Shown here one piece after another: positions 1 to 14,186 of a stretch of DNA of 64,000 bases; position 1 is the first letter of the stretch, and each line of letters begins with the position of its first letter. The notes under the pieces are model-generated. The model was not told the origin of the DNA and did no database searches. It saw only the letters and a program-made list of their open reading frames with translations. A program made the position numbers and the translations under genes. The stretch covers positions 3,747,228-3,811,227 of the forward strand of contig NW_003526943.1 of NCBI RefSeq assembly GCF_000181795.1. The letters are read 5' to 3'. Source of the stretch: Trichinella spiralis (taxonomy: Eukaryota).

Positions 1-219
1 ATTGAAAATACTACTTCAATAATTTCATAATATTCATAGATGACTGCATTATGAATGTTTATCACATGTGCTGCAGATAGAATATATATATATGTTAATG
101 AAACTGAAATACTGTTTCCTCATTTTTAACTAGAACTCTTGAATCTACTGTAATTTTGACTCTTGAGAAAATTACAGTAAGTTTATTGCAAATTTACCTG
201 CTTTCATTTATTACGTATA

Positions 220-985
220 CAGGAATATCCCGCTTAACGCAGCCTCGCTTAACGCTGTTTTACTATAACGCTATTTTTTTAGCATGTCACGTGACTCAAT
301 TTTTCTTAAAGTGAGAAATTTAGCTAAGTATTTTTAATAGCACTGGAACGATTTTATTAAATTATGCTGTTTGTGCTATTTCATACATTCCATCAATTAT
401 TTACGATAACTGGTTTGGATTCTGTTGTTATTATATATTTAGTCAATCATTTTTAGTGTGCTATGTTCATTATCTCACAACGAGATTAGATGATGAATTG
501 AAGCACCTGGCAGAGCTATGCACTGATAATAAACCAACAGTCACTGATTCAAAGGCGGATATATTCTTGAGAACTATAACAACAGAATTCCCGAAGAACA
601 GCATCCCCAACATCGCACAAATCAGGGATCAGTTCATACAACAGGATCTTAATGATGAATGAAGTTCCAAAGCAAGAAGGGATGTTCTAAAAATGATATC
701 TTGTTATCAAGAAATTCTACATGAAAGGATATGTACGGATAGTCTCATCAGCAAGTAATCTATGGTTGAGGAATCAAAGGCTAGTCCAACCTCACAATGA
801 TTAATATGAAAAGTAAAGTATGTATACGTTTTAATGAATATTTCAAATAAATTTTGTTGTATATATTCTGACTTTTATTGGAATCGATGTACCATAAAAA
901 CATGCTATTTGACCCTGCACAACGCTGTTTCATTTAGCGCTCTTTTTTCAGGAACAGGCCAAGAGCGTTAAGGGGGGTATGCCTG
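220..985 (+). mobile_element. Non-autonomous pogo/Tigger-like DNA transposon (766 bp)
   Basis: TA|CAGGAATATCCCGCTTAACGC at the left end and GCGTTAAGGGGGGTATGCCTG|TA at the right end form an imperfect TIR of about 21 bp with TA on both sides. The internal reading (...DQFIQQDLNDE*SSKARRDVLKMISCYQEILHER) resembles the C-terminus of Tigger transposases and contains a stop. Confidence 0.8.
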
Positions 986-1681
986 TATTACATTAATATA
1001 AAACATTAAATTAATAGATAATTAGCATTAATAAAATTAAATATTAAGCATTACAGATATAAAAAATTTCACAGGTTTTTATGTAAGCAATGCAATAAAT
1101 GAGAAATTAGTCTGTTCAAAATGTAAATACCTTTAATCAGCAGCAGTTTGTACTACAGTGTCATATCCACCACAGAAAAAATCTCCTGTGAATCAAATAC
1201 TGAAGAAAAAATTCAGCAATATATTTTTTCTAATAATTAATTTTAAACTTTTTTGAATATAATGTAATGTTTTTTCTGTGATTTCCATCAACTTTTCGAG
1301 TTATGATATTCTTTAACTCATGCAATTTAGTATGACGTAAGTTTATGGTAGTATTTTAATTATAGTACTTGTTCAGTAAATACTGTACTCTCACTCAGTA
1401 AAGTACGGTCATACCTCCAACACTGCCAACACTACACTTGATCTGAAAGGTAATTTTATTGAATATTATTTTTAGTTTAGGTTTGAATTTTTAATTTTTC
1501 TATTCTATCCATTATTTTCTGTTTTATTCACTGCCATTGTTTAGTAAAATCAATAGTTTTCCTGAAAATTATAGCCCTAATTGCACCCCGTTTGTTAACT
1601 TTTTTGGTGTTAGTATGTTTTTTGTTTTTTCAAAAATATTAAAGCAAGTTAATAATTTATTTTTTATAAAAAATATTCATG

Positions 1682-1735
1682 ATATATATATATATATATA
1701 TATATATTTTATTTATTTATTTATTTATTTATTTA
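1682..1735. repeat. Compound microsatellite (AT)n followed by (TTTA)n
   Basis: Directly visible in the sequence. Confidence 0.95.
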
Positions 1736-2072
1736 ATATTATGTTATGTCATGTTACGTTGTATGCAATCATATGATCGATCATATGATTTTTTATCTTA
1801 TGCTAATATTTTATGAAAAATTAATTGAAGAATTGTATTGTTTGAAATTGTTTATTTTTCCGACAATGAATTAAAACTTAGTAATATTTGCGATGTAAAT
1901 TACAGCTGAGTATTTTCATGTTTGCATATTTTTTTTATTTTTAAAAATGTTGATTTCATACTTTCAGATTATTGGTTGATCTGTGTTGATCTGAATAAAA
2001 AACATAGTTTTAACAAACAATATATACACTAGTTTGAATTGCTGCTACATTTAAACTACAAATGGTTTAGAC

Positions 2073-5000
2073 ATGCTAGAAAATACTGTGATATTCCAAA
2101 AACTGAAAAAATTTAAAAACACAGAAAATTTTGGAACTTGGAAATTGATTATATGGCAGTTACTTTTGCTGTTACATGCACGAAAATGTCCGCATGAATT
2201 AGCAAATCTTAATACTTTTAAAGCACAATGCATATTAGTGCAATGCCGACATGCAAAACTTATCTTGAAGCACATAGAATATTGTTCTGATCAAATTCAT
2301 TGCAATGGTAGGTGTTCAAATACTAGACTGTTGCTTTTTATTATGTTGGTTTTAGCATTTTTCGATGTGTTTTAGAGCCATATTGCAGAAGTTCAAAGAA
2401 ATTGCTTTTTCACTGGAACAACTGTAAGAATGATAATTGTGATATTTGTGCAACAGTAAAAAAGACTAATATTAATCAGTCATCAGTTCCAAAGCAAGAC
2501 GGGCAACAACAGCTCAACAACAGCTCACAGCAGGATGCATCGAAACAGAGTGCCATTTTAACTGCTTCATCAGAAAGTATTTTCTTCAAATAATTCCGCT
2601 TTATTAAGTGAATTAAATTTCAGTTACATTAAGAGAAATTTCATTTGGCGTTCATTAAATTTCATAATAATAAATATTAATTTTTATAGTATTCTCATTT
2701 GTATTTTAATATTTAAGCAGATGATAAAACTCCACAGTTAATATTATTTATAAGATTAAAATTATTTTGTAAGAGAATCTATTAGATATCAATAATAACT
2801 TTATGAATTATGTTTTTAATTATATAATTGTTTTTAGCTTAAAACTTGAATTTTTATTTATGCATAGGTAATCAACTGTCCTTAGCTGAGTCAGAATCAT
2901 TATCAAGCAACATTAATGATGATTCTACTTCACCTGCGGCAGTATGTGAGGTAAGTTATTTTTTAATGTAAATATAAAAGTACATTGCACTTTGGTTAAT
3001 ATGAACATGAAAAATGTTGAGTATTTATTCATCTTAACCAGTTGTTCATCTGTAAAAAGTGCGCAATAAATGTGCAGGGAACATGTTGACAAATAATTTG
3101 TGCATGCTAGGAGATTAGCTTTACTTTTGAAAACGCGCTTGACATCAGTTTAACGTTTACTGATTATCAATATTAATGTTAAAAAATTGAAAACGTTCAC
3201 GATTTATGTCTACAATGAAATTTTCAACTTAATCAAGTGAATCAAAGACGGATTGTAGGACGACACGCTGCGTTTGAGTAAATCATGTGATTTTCATTTT
3301 CATGTTATCTTGGGTTAATGTGTTTTTGGAGAAAAGCTGTTCGTACTGAAAGGCAATTCATGTTCCGCAAACATGTTTGATGTTCTCGTTAACTCAGTTC
3401 ATCTTTATCCTATTGCATATGTTACTTTTTTTGCCATGAAAATTGTTAAGCAGGCAGGAATATATCATGAGAGAGGAAATGAATAAATGAGTTGATGAAT
3501 GATCCAATCAACACAATGAAATAATTCGCATTCGATATAGAAAATGCCATATTACCCGGCACCCTGCTTTTTGCTTCATATACCTTTTGAGCATCTATCT
3601 TTTACATGATCTGTTGTGATAAATGAGATGCTTATATATTATTATTTTTGCTATGCCTTACTTTTTTATCTCTGGGGTTTTCTGACGTCTCTTTATATGT
3701 ATCTTGATCCTAAACATAAATCTTAGGTTAAATGATCAGTCAGTTTCTTAAATAATTTCTATCAGGACAGATAATGAATATCATTGATCAGTAACTCTGA
3801 TGTGCTTTTGAAGGCTGGCGTATGCAGTGTAACGTGATAACAAAATAGGTTGGCACAATTGAATTCTCAATGGTGATATGCAATTGCTTTCAACGCTTTT
3901 TCGTTTGAGCAATCATTCATCTGGGCTGTTTGTTGCAAGTGATGAAAACCTGTGAGAACATATCAACTGATTTCTGACGTTGATTGTGCTTGAAGTGATG
4001 GTGTCAAGCAGTTCTATGTTCATTTAATTTGTCCATGGTATGAATCATTTGCACAAAATGGAGTGAACATCTTTTAAGATAAATTTGCTTTCTATTGTAT
4101 CTCCTACGTTCTGATATGAGTACAGGCTGATGTACTCATATCAGTACTAATACAAGAGAGAGTCAAATAGGGAACACATAAATAAGGCATAAATAGTGAA
4201 TGAAATACTTAATCTATTCTAATAAGATGGCCAAAATTGACGCGTGTTCTTGCTGTCATAAATATGTCATGAATGAGTTCATGAATAAGTGAGTGGATGC
4301 ATTATGAAATCAGTTCCTACAGTTGACTTGACATACACAAATAATTATTACTTAATTAAATACTCAGTTATTTAATAATAATCTTGTAACATAATGATAC
4401 ACGACGCTTAATTTTCAAATATGTAAATTTTATACATTTTAGTTTATTTTATCTGATATGTTCATTATACTGCTTTAATATTTTTATTTAATTTTTTATT
4501 TACATTGAGATTGCATTCATACATTACAAATAATTTTTTGAAAAAATGTAACATAATGTCAGTTTTACTAAAAGTGAACATTTGAAAGACAAAAAAAAAT
4601 TCAAAAACTATGTTGTGTAAAGAAAAATATTCAAATATTATAAATTTCTGAGATAACATTTGTTTTATATCTAAGACTAATGTTTTTCTGTTATACAATA
4701 ATGTATTTTTCAGTTACTTTTATCAGTTTTCCAAACAATGTTAAGCATGCAAGAATGTGTTGCATTTCGCAGAAGTCACTTCTTTCAACCAATTTCAATT
4801 TCTGAAGTAAGTTATTTCATGGTTATTTAATTTGTGAAATAAAACATTTAGAAATCTGAAGAAAATCAAATGAATTTTTGCACTATTGAAAATAATTTAA
4901 AGAATAAGAAGTATGATTCTCCTTGGCAGTTTTGTGAAGACATGTGGCAATTATTTGAAAGGATATCAGCGTATTATTATAGGACATCAAAGCTTCATCG

Positions 5001-7487
5001 CTACTGCAATACCGTAATAAATATCATTACTGCGTTGCACACGACTAAATTTTTTAAGTAAAATATTTTTAGTTGGAGCAGTATTTTTCTGTAAAAATGG
5101 ATGATGTGATGCGAATGCTGGGCTATTGCTGTTGTCGAAGTTTGTCATACACAGTAATGCCACTGCCTTGCCGTGGAAACCCAAGCTGTTTTATCAGAAG
5201 AAATGGTTGTTATTACTATTATCAAAAAATGTTAGTAATGTTTCACATTTTTTGTAGAAATTTTATATAACGTTATTATTATATATAAAGTTTAAAGCGT
5301 TTACAATTTAGTGTTGAAGTTGATGGTAAATGCAATGTTGTAAAGTATATTTACTGCCGAAAATGCTTCAATGAAATTCCTGAAGATATAATTATTGATG
5401 AAAATTCAGATGCTTCAGAGTAGAGTTCTTCAAATGCCCTCTTAAATAATATGACAGTATAAATTATTTTCAGCATGATTAGAAAAGAAAAGTTTGTGAT
5501 ACTGAAAAATAATCAAGCTATTTATGAAACGTTCGTGACTTGTAACATCTGTTCTAAGAAATGGCATCGTATTTGCGCACTGCACCATGATGGCATACAC
5601 CCTGAAGGGTATTATTTTTATAAAATCGTTAATTATTAATGTTTAAGAAATAGTACTGCCGCATTTTTAATGAATTTCAGGTATTGAACTATTGAACAAA
5701 TGTATGCTAAGTGTTGTGTGATTATAGGTTTATCTGTGAGAAATGTTGCATCAAAAAAAATATAACATTACCAAAGAATAAATTCACTGCTAAACGTAAT
5801 AAATAAAAAATCTTTAATTTCTATTTTAAAGTTTTTGCTGTGATTAAAAAAATGTTTAGTACTTCCTCAGAACAAGATGTCTGCACATATAGAAAACCGA
5901 GTAAATAAGCTGCTACGTAACAATAAAGCTGATGATAAAGAAGTTATTATTCGTGTTTTGTCTGACTGTAATGCCGAGACAGAAGTGAAACCATTCATGA
6001 AAGCTTGGTAAATGTGCTTTCTGTGTTTTGATATACTTACAAATTTTTTCAATAGGTTTTGCGATTCTGGTTTAATGTCTGGCACATTTCCCTACCGCAG
6101 TAAAGCAATTTTTGCTTTTCAAATAATTGACGACAAAGAAATTTGTTTTTTTGGAATGTTTGTGCAAGAATATGGAAGTAGCTGTCCTCCGCCGAACTCA
6201 AGGTAAATACTGATCATTTTCATTTTGCAATACTAAATTTGCAGTGCTTTCTTTTACTTTTTGATAGTGAGCTCAATATTTTGAGATATTAAAAAGAATT
6301 AGTGGTTTTTTATAGACAAATATACATTGCATATTTGGACAGTGTAAAATATTTTGAGCCTCAAAATCTTCGAACGACTGTCTACCAAGAAATTTTGCTA
6401 GGGTATATGGAGTATGCTAAATCTCTTGGGTACAGGAAATCTTCATACTTTACTAGAAAAAATGGAACAAAGATGCCATATTTTAATTTTAGATTTATGA
6501 AAGTTAATATTTGGGCATGTCCATCTAATCGCAATAATGAATACATATTTTATTGTCATCCTCTTGAACAAAAAATTCCAAATGAAAAAAAGCTTCAAGA
6601 GTGGTATAAATGTTTACTGGATAAAGGGATAATGGAAAACATTATTGTGGATTACAAAGTAATTCTCATGAATATTTTACGTATCTATATGAATATGCTT
6701 ATAGCGTCATTCTAATTTGGCTGAGGTATTGTCTTTACTTTTAGGAGATGTACAAACATATACAGGATAGTCATTTTACTTCAGTAACTGAATTGCCGTA
6801 TTTTGAAGGAGACTGGATTCCTGAAATGTTAGAAAACTTAATAATGGAGCTGAAAAAAGGCATTCAAAAGCGTACGACTGATGTATCTATGATAGATGGC
6901 CCGAGTTTGGCTCACACAATTCAAAATAATGATCAGAAAGAAAATGTTACGGTTAGCCAAGACGTTATTTCTGAAAAACAAATATTTGAAGATGCACTAC
7001 TCCATATTAAGAAACATAGGGAGGTATTTAGATACTATCACTATTATGGTTTAATTTTTACTAATGCGTTTTCAATATACTGCAGACTCACTTTGTAGCA
7101 ATTCTCTACACAAATAACGTAGTCAACATTCTTAAGCCTATTGATGACATCGATATGTTGATTTCTTGCAAATTAATGCGCACCCGAAATCATTTTTTTT
7201 CAATGGCAAAGGAGTTTAAATGGGAATTTAGTAGTATGCGACGTACAAAATTTTCAACAATGGCTATTTGCTATAGGCTCCATAATTGGAACATGGAATC
7301 AATTGCAATTTGCGCTAAATGCAGAATTGCTTATGCATCATGGCACTGTACACTCTGTGAAGTAACGAAATCCTACTATCCTTAAATATCCATGGAAATT
7401 TCAACTTAAATTTTTTAGGATTTCAACTGCTGCCAGCTTTGCTATAATAGCACAAGCCATCATCATCTAATGGAAAGAATTTTATAA
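2073..7487 (+). CDS. Divergent CBP/p300-like histone acetyltransferase (TAZ - degenerate bromodomain - RING/PHD - KAT11 HAT - ZZ), multi-exon
   Basis: Spliced in frame through GT-AG introns. Motifs: TAZ ([11 protein letters not shown]...[17 protein letters not shown]), bromodomain ([16 protein letters not shown]), LGYCCCR, PHD ([15 protein letters not shown]), HAT ([52 protein letters not shown]) and ZZ ([20 protein letters not shown]). Stop TAA at 7485-7487. The start codon is less certain. Confidence 0.9.
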
Positions 7488-8677
7488 TCTACAAAAGAAT
7501 GAAGCATTTATTAGAAATTTTAGCATTTATTAGCATAATGAACTTATATTCTTTGTTAATTAGACTATTCTTCATATTTAGTTTTAGACAGTTTAATATT
7601 TTACTTCTGCATTTAGGCTAAATAATGCAATAATTGCAACTTTATGCATGAAACATGCAGTTGAAATTATTTTTCAAGATATATTCGTTTAGTTTAGCTA
7701 TGCATAATCATGATGCATAAAATGCTTCATGTTTATGATGTTACAACTTGAATTTGTTCAGATACATTCAGCAATGGAATTAAAATTCACTGCCTTCTTA
7801 TTTGTTTTATATTTTATATTGTCATATATTTTTGGTGGGTTCTGTCCATTATGTAAAAAGTAAAGTGTGCAGATGATGATAGCTTAAAAAATGCACTGCA
7901 CCAGAAAGTCTACCACTACTTGCCAGCGGGGCAGTACGGTTTGGTCTTACAGACGGAGACACTCTCGAGACCAACGGCAGTGGTATTCCTTAGCGAACCA
8001 AGTTTAAATGATCATAAAATTGCTTTGGTTCAATATCACGTGGACTCAGACGTGAAAAGTATAGTGAAGCTGTGGAAAAGGACAAAACAGGCAACTGCGT
8101 TACACTGAAGGTTACCATGTCATGCTCCAAGTCATTGGGCAAATACAGCTAAAGAGCGCTATGTATAGAATATTACTCTATGGTGGTGATGCTCCGCTTC
8201 AGCAGCTGCAAGTAAGAGAAGGGGAATGGTAGCAGAGCTGTGGCAGACGGAGCTGCTTAGCAGTGATTGCAAATCAAACAAAATTGCAAATATGAAACAT
8301 TCATCTACAATTTTATTGATGATCACTGTCATCAAATTTCATTCCATCAGTGGAGGGTTTCATTGTTCGTTCGATATCTATACATCTAACTTGTCGGTTA
8401 CTATTTTGTTTTTATGTTTAATGGTCTCGACGAGAGTGAGTTGACAAAAATGCAAGGAATTAGATACAGCAACACACAGAAAGAAAAAATTTTTTGCAAA
8501 AAGTTTTTAAATGTTTACTGCAATGCATGAAGGTTGTTTGGCTCAAGATTAGTTTAGAATAATTGAAAATTTTTGAAAATTTATAAATTTGATTGCAAAG
8601 AACTGTTAATCTAAAAAAAGTGCATTTTTTGTGCCTTAGCAGTGGGTAAATACAGTAGAACAGTAATACCTTTAATA

Positions 8678-8838
8678 CAGTAAAACTTTGATTATCTGAA
8701 TTTACGGGTTTCGGTTATTATAAGTGGACGTTATCAATTCTTTTAAATGTATGTACATAATTGAACCGTTTATAGCTGCTATCCCCACTCAGGCGCAAAA
8801 TAGTAGACATTGTGTTTATCGTTACTCACGTTATTTGC
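8678..8838 (-). mobile_element. Terminal fragment of a pogo/Tigger element, same family as 54897-55659
   Basis: TA|CAGTAAAACTTTGATTAT...AAATGTATGTACATAATTGAACCGTTTATAGCTG...AGTAGACATT aligns by eye with the reverse complement of about 55480-55659. Confidence 0.7.
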
Positions 8839-9259
8839 TTTTTGCTCCCTAAACTTGCATGCAACGCTTATTAACGTGGTCGGTTTATTCTTCACCGCTG
8901 CATACAAAAAGTACCAGGTTTATTTTGTATCATATTTTATATAATCAGTAATAAGTTTCTGTTTGAACAAGGATTGCTTCTTTGCAGCGACATCGCAAAT
9001 ATGTCTGATTATCATCAGCTGAGTACCGATGAATTCTTTCTGCGCTTCATGCACTTCAACCTGACTTTGAGGCAAGAATAGGTTTCTGAATGACCCGGCC
9101 CTTCATTTAGTATATCAAACATATCAGACGAATCGGTCTAATTTGCCCTACATTTTCACAGCGTTTTCTTGCTGGTCGCTGAAAGCGCTATGTCATTGGA
9201 CTTCGTACCGTTGTCTTATTGGTTGCTTGCTTTTTATCATGTTTTCCTTTGCTTTCACT

Positions 9260-9367
9260 TTGCTTTTCATCATAAACGCTGTTTATCAGTCTTAAATCAC
9301 CAATGGCAGCGTTTTCTGATAGCATTTGTTGGATTAAGCAGTCCATAACACCCTGATCTGCTATCTG
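9260..9367 (-). mobile_element. Inverted fragment of a Mutator-like (MULE) transposase
   Basis: The reverse complement (GATAGCAGATCAGGGTGTTATGG...GATAAACAGCGTTTATGATGAAAAGCAA) matches 11098-11204. Confidence 0.75.
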
Positions 9368-10399
9368 ATAGAAAATCTATTTGAGATCAAAAGAGGTTAT
9401 TTTGATTTAGTTGATCTGCTGTATTTTAACCACAACTGATTGCCAAACAAAATTGGCTTTCTGCTAAAGCTTCCTCTATCACAGATGTTTATTTCTGCGC
9501 TAACCCAACATACGCAATGTTAGCAAGCATGAAGCATGAACTGATTTTTTTAAAAGAAAGGGACTATATAAAGATTAAAGTAAAATTCCTTGTTTGAAAA
9601 CAAGAAAGATTTTAAAAGAACATTCACGCTAAAATTAGAAAAATGTTCACATGCTGAGATTTATTAGTTTGAACAGTTTTAGCTGAACAACTTCAGCTGT
9701 GAACAGTTTATAATTTCCCATTTTACTAAAATCACTTTACTAATGCATCTGATGTGACAAGAAACGCGAAAATTTTCTGACAAAGACGTACGCACTATAT
9801 GCATATAACTCATAAAATTTCAAGCAAGCACGGACTTTGTCTGATCATGCATATAATAACAATTTTCTTTCAAGATATTTGTTTTACATTTTACACGTTT
9901 TAGTGATCAGCATTTTTAATACCATTTTTTTCATTATTCTATATTTTGCTATTGTTCTATAATGAAGTTTTATGAAGTAAGATAGGAATAGCTCAACAGA
10001 TACATATGCATAAATTCATTTTTTTCAATTCAAAGTCTAGATTTTTTTTAAATAAAAGTTAGTATGCAAGGTATTCTTTTGAACGGTATTTAAGGTTTGG
10101 AGTAGAAGAAAATTTTCTTTTTTTGTCATGTTCGTTATTCTTACAATGGTAGATATTCCTGTTAGCTAGCCGGTTCGAGTTGGTTACTTTAAACAAGATA
10201 AATAAGCTCATTAAAATTCATGAGCATGGATTAACATTTGAGATTTGAAGCAGCGTCTGATTTTACGATTTTAATCACTTTCTTCCCTCTTGTTCGTCAT
10301 TTTCACAATGACTGATATTTCAGACTGCATCTTGTATAAAATTGTGGCGACCTATAAATTCCTGGTTAATTTGAAGCAAAAAAGTCTGGGAAAGTTTTT

Positions 10400-11300
10400 T
10401 TTGTTATGGTAGAGTGAATTGAACCACATACTGGTATTAGCGACAGGTTCTAACATTAGACTGCTAACAACCAGGAGAATCTGGGGCATAGATGATACAT
10501 TCAAGTTTGTACCTCAATGGTATCAGCAGCTTTTCGCCATCCAATCTTTTGTGGCGGGTAAGCTAGTGCTATTAGTCCATTGTTTATGTTCAAGTAATGA
10601 CACTGGCACATCAGGTTTAGTTTTTGAAGCTTTAATAAACAAAGAGACAGTCCTCAAGGTCAGTCTTGATACACTAACAATTATTTGTTATTTTGAAACA
10701 GCCCTGATACCTGCGATTCAGGGCTACTTCCTGAATATTATAGGATACTACAGGACAGTTATTTCCACTACTGCCAAGCGGTACATAGGAAACTTAGTGA
10801 GCTGAGTTTGAAAACTCGATACAATTGAGAAAATAAAAAAAAAGAAAGAAAACATGCTAATGGCCACGGCTTTCCTCTCTGTACTGCAAGGGTATTCACC
10901 TGCCTGAAGTAAGCACTATGAGTAACTTATCAGCATTATTTCAGTTCTTCAGCAGAAGTAAATGAGTGATAAAAGACTGCGCTTTGGAATGTACATAATG
11001 TAAATATTAGAACCAGCAACCACTTAGAAGCATGGCATAATCTGCTCAACAAGATTGCGGGTAAACGCAAGTCAGGTTTTATGAATTGCCCCAACTCCTG
11101 ATAGCAGAACAGGGTGTTATGGGCACGTTAATTTGACATGTGCTATGAGAAACCGCTGCCGTTGTTAATTAAGGCGGATAAACAGCGTTTATGATGTAAA
11201 GCAAGAACGCGTTGCGCAATATACAGGTGGATATACTAGCGGTAAGCGTACGCTGGAGCGGTTCCTTTAAGCGTCAGTGTACATAGCGCCAAAGCAGATT
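10400..11300 (+). pseudogene. Degenerate MULE (Mutator-like) transposase
   Basis: WGIDDTFKFVPQWYQQLF resembles the DGTF motif and IICYFETALIPAI resembles the DFE motif. YFHYCQAVHR follows in a shifted frame, and RTSNHLEAWHN resembles RTNNxxEGWHN. Frameshifts and stops are present, and the ends are approximate. Confidence 0.8.
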
Positions 11301-14186
11301 TAGTGCGGCTTTCCAAGTGGTGGTTCCATATTATATTTGTATTTTATGTATTGTATGGTATAGTATACTATAGTATTACTTCCATTTTTCCTTTTACATC
11401 GTTTCCATTTTGTTAATATCATTCACTGATATGTATAGTTAATCATTGGTAATGTTGTTGTTGCAGTTGCAGTGCACGAACAGTTGAAAACTCAGTACAG
11501 AAGTATAAACTGCTGGTCAGCTGCATAGTACAAGTATTTTCTATTTTTCATATATCCTAGCTGTATATAGGAACTAATTCCCACTATTCAGATTTTTGCT
11601 ATAAAGTAAGTCAACAGATGCTATTCAGACGCAGGCTCTTATGTGATAAAATCTTCATAATACAAATAGGAATCTTAGTAATGACAGAACAAGTTAGGGC
11701 CAAACTAAACCAAAATTTTTTAAACAAATTAATAAAATTACATACATCAAAGCAGAAAATTATTGGGGTCCACAAGCTCCCAGACTTCCAAAAAGCCCCT
11801 AATTAACTTTGAATCATGATTTTTGATCGACTTAATCAATTTAAATGTATTTTAGATTAATGCTATTCATTAGTCAAAAGAGCATTCTTTACCAGCTGAT
11901 GGGAAGAGAGATACAATTACACTCTGGGGTCCAAAAGACCTTCTAAGGGTTTAAAATTAGTTTTTATTCTAGCTCATTATTGATGAAATAAAAGCTGACC
12001 GATTTAGATTAGCAGGATCAGACTAACACAAACCCCAGATCGTGACCAGCAGCTTTCAAAATTAAAAAATGTTTTTTTTGTTTTTTGTTGTTGTTTTTGT
12101 TTTTGTTTTTGAAGACTTTTCCTAAATTTAAAAAATTATTTTTTTATTGTAAACAATTTTCTTTGTTCGAAGTAGATAATTTATATTTCCTCAAAAACAG
12201 ACGATCAAACAGAAAAATTAACTAGGTTAATGGATCACAAAATATTAATAAAATTAATAAAAATACTAAGATGATTTCCAACGTATGTTTTAAATTGTCT
12301 AGTATGTTAATGTATAAAAGCAAAATTCAATGCAACATAAGAAAAAATTTGAGAAAGCACAATAAACGCTAATTATGTGATTGATGTAGGCGAGGTAACA
12401 GGAAGAATGCACAGCGAGTACCCTCCAGATCGCATCAAAACAGAAATGAACAGAACAAAACGGCGCATGCCGGCAATTTGTTGACAGGTGACCGCAAGAA
12501 TATTTCCTAATCTGAAGACCATGGCAGCCTCCTTTCCTTTCCTAAGTTGTGCAACCTCATATTTATTTAAAACAACCATAAAATACACTACAGATTTCTC
12601 TGTAGATCAGTATCAGATCTGATAGTCCAATATTACTTCTTGAAGAACCTCAGCGAACATTTCTTTCTTGTACCTACACTAATTTTTTAAATTTTAGATA
12701 TTAATATTTTAATATATAGTATGCGTGGGAATTAGAAATTGCTACTTTACATTTATATTTGATTTATTAAAAGGCATTCAATTAATTTCATCAGTTATTT
12801 ACAAACATTAGGTTTCACATAATAAATTGCTTGTTGACAAATAAAAACAACTTAGTAACTTGCAGTTATATATTTGATATTTTGTACTCTAATGCATATT
12901 GAGCTATAGAAAATGTTCACTTTGATTTTAATTCTTTATTTCACCTTTATGAAGTAAATATTAAAACACCGGAGTTCAAGAGATGTACGTATGTTTTATT
13001 TTGTGCAGTTTGTAAAATGTATAAACTGATATTGAAAGGGTGTAAACATAATATGATACGCAAACGGAAATGGAAATGATTAAAAATGATAATTATAATG
13101 AGTAAGAATAAGAGTAACACATGTGAATACTCATAACAACAGCATTCCTGACGATCACTTATGTTTCCTCTGCCTTGCAGTTACTGGAACATGATGCAAA
13201 TAGCATTCTGTCTGCTTTGGATATCCATATTTATGAACATGTCGACCAAATAAAAAATTATATTTTGAAATTATATAACGTTAGCATACTTATTAACAAC
13301 TGTTTAGAAATCGATTGAATCTTAATTATTTTTTTCAATTTAAATAATCCTCCATGATCAATTTAATTAAACCCGCCTTTTTATAAATTATTGAATCATT
13401 TAACTTACAAGACAAAATGCACAGATACTTATTCCAGTAAAACTTAAAATGAAAAATGAGAAGTTACTCGCACCCCGACGCAGTATTCATATTAAAGAAC
13501 GCATTTAAATATTCATGTAACAATAGAGGGAAAAGGCACTTGGATAATTTCTAAACACAACTGTAAACCCTACTCATCCAAATATCTATCTAGTCATTTT
13601 AGATTATAGATTTGTATGAATTTCTGTTATGTTGGGACTGCGATTATTGCACTGCATGTTCCTACTGTAATGTTTACTGTTGACTGTAGTCTAATGTCTG
13701 AAATTATGCTAATTAATATTATTCATATTAATTGTTATTACTTATATTTAAAAAATTCTAAAATATCATCATTTTAGTCTTTATTTATCTTACCATTTTA
13801 TAAAATGAACAACAGAGGATAGAGGTGAGACTTAAACGTGTTTTTATTAATTACATCTTTACCACGCAGAATTTCTATGTATTTTAAAAAATAAATTTCA
13901 TAATAAAACTGACTCTAATTTAGTCTATTATTCTGTATTTTTTAGGAAGAACAATACATTCAAATCTGTTGCAAAGGTTTACTCTTACAGTATGCATTCT
14001 TTAAAAAACAAATAATTCTTCTTGTAAACATTTACATTTGTTATGCTTTTGATTTTATTCCCAAAATGAAAGAAAAACACAAGCTTCGTCACATAATATA
14101 ACAGTTTAAACAAATGAAAAGAATTTTGCGACGGCCTTAACAGTAGCAAAATTATATGTAACTCAAACTTAATAGAAGTACAACAT

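Noticed and set aside
3780..4140. Possible Penelope/GIY-YIG relic on the minus strand in the long CBP-like intron (LNEHRTA, RKALKAI)
   Set aside because: Only two short degenerate motifs, which is too weak without a profile search.
7880..8460. GC-richer island, possibly an LTR or retroelement remnant
   Set aside because: I could not identify a TSD, a primer-binding site, a second copy or a protein motif.
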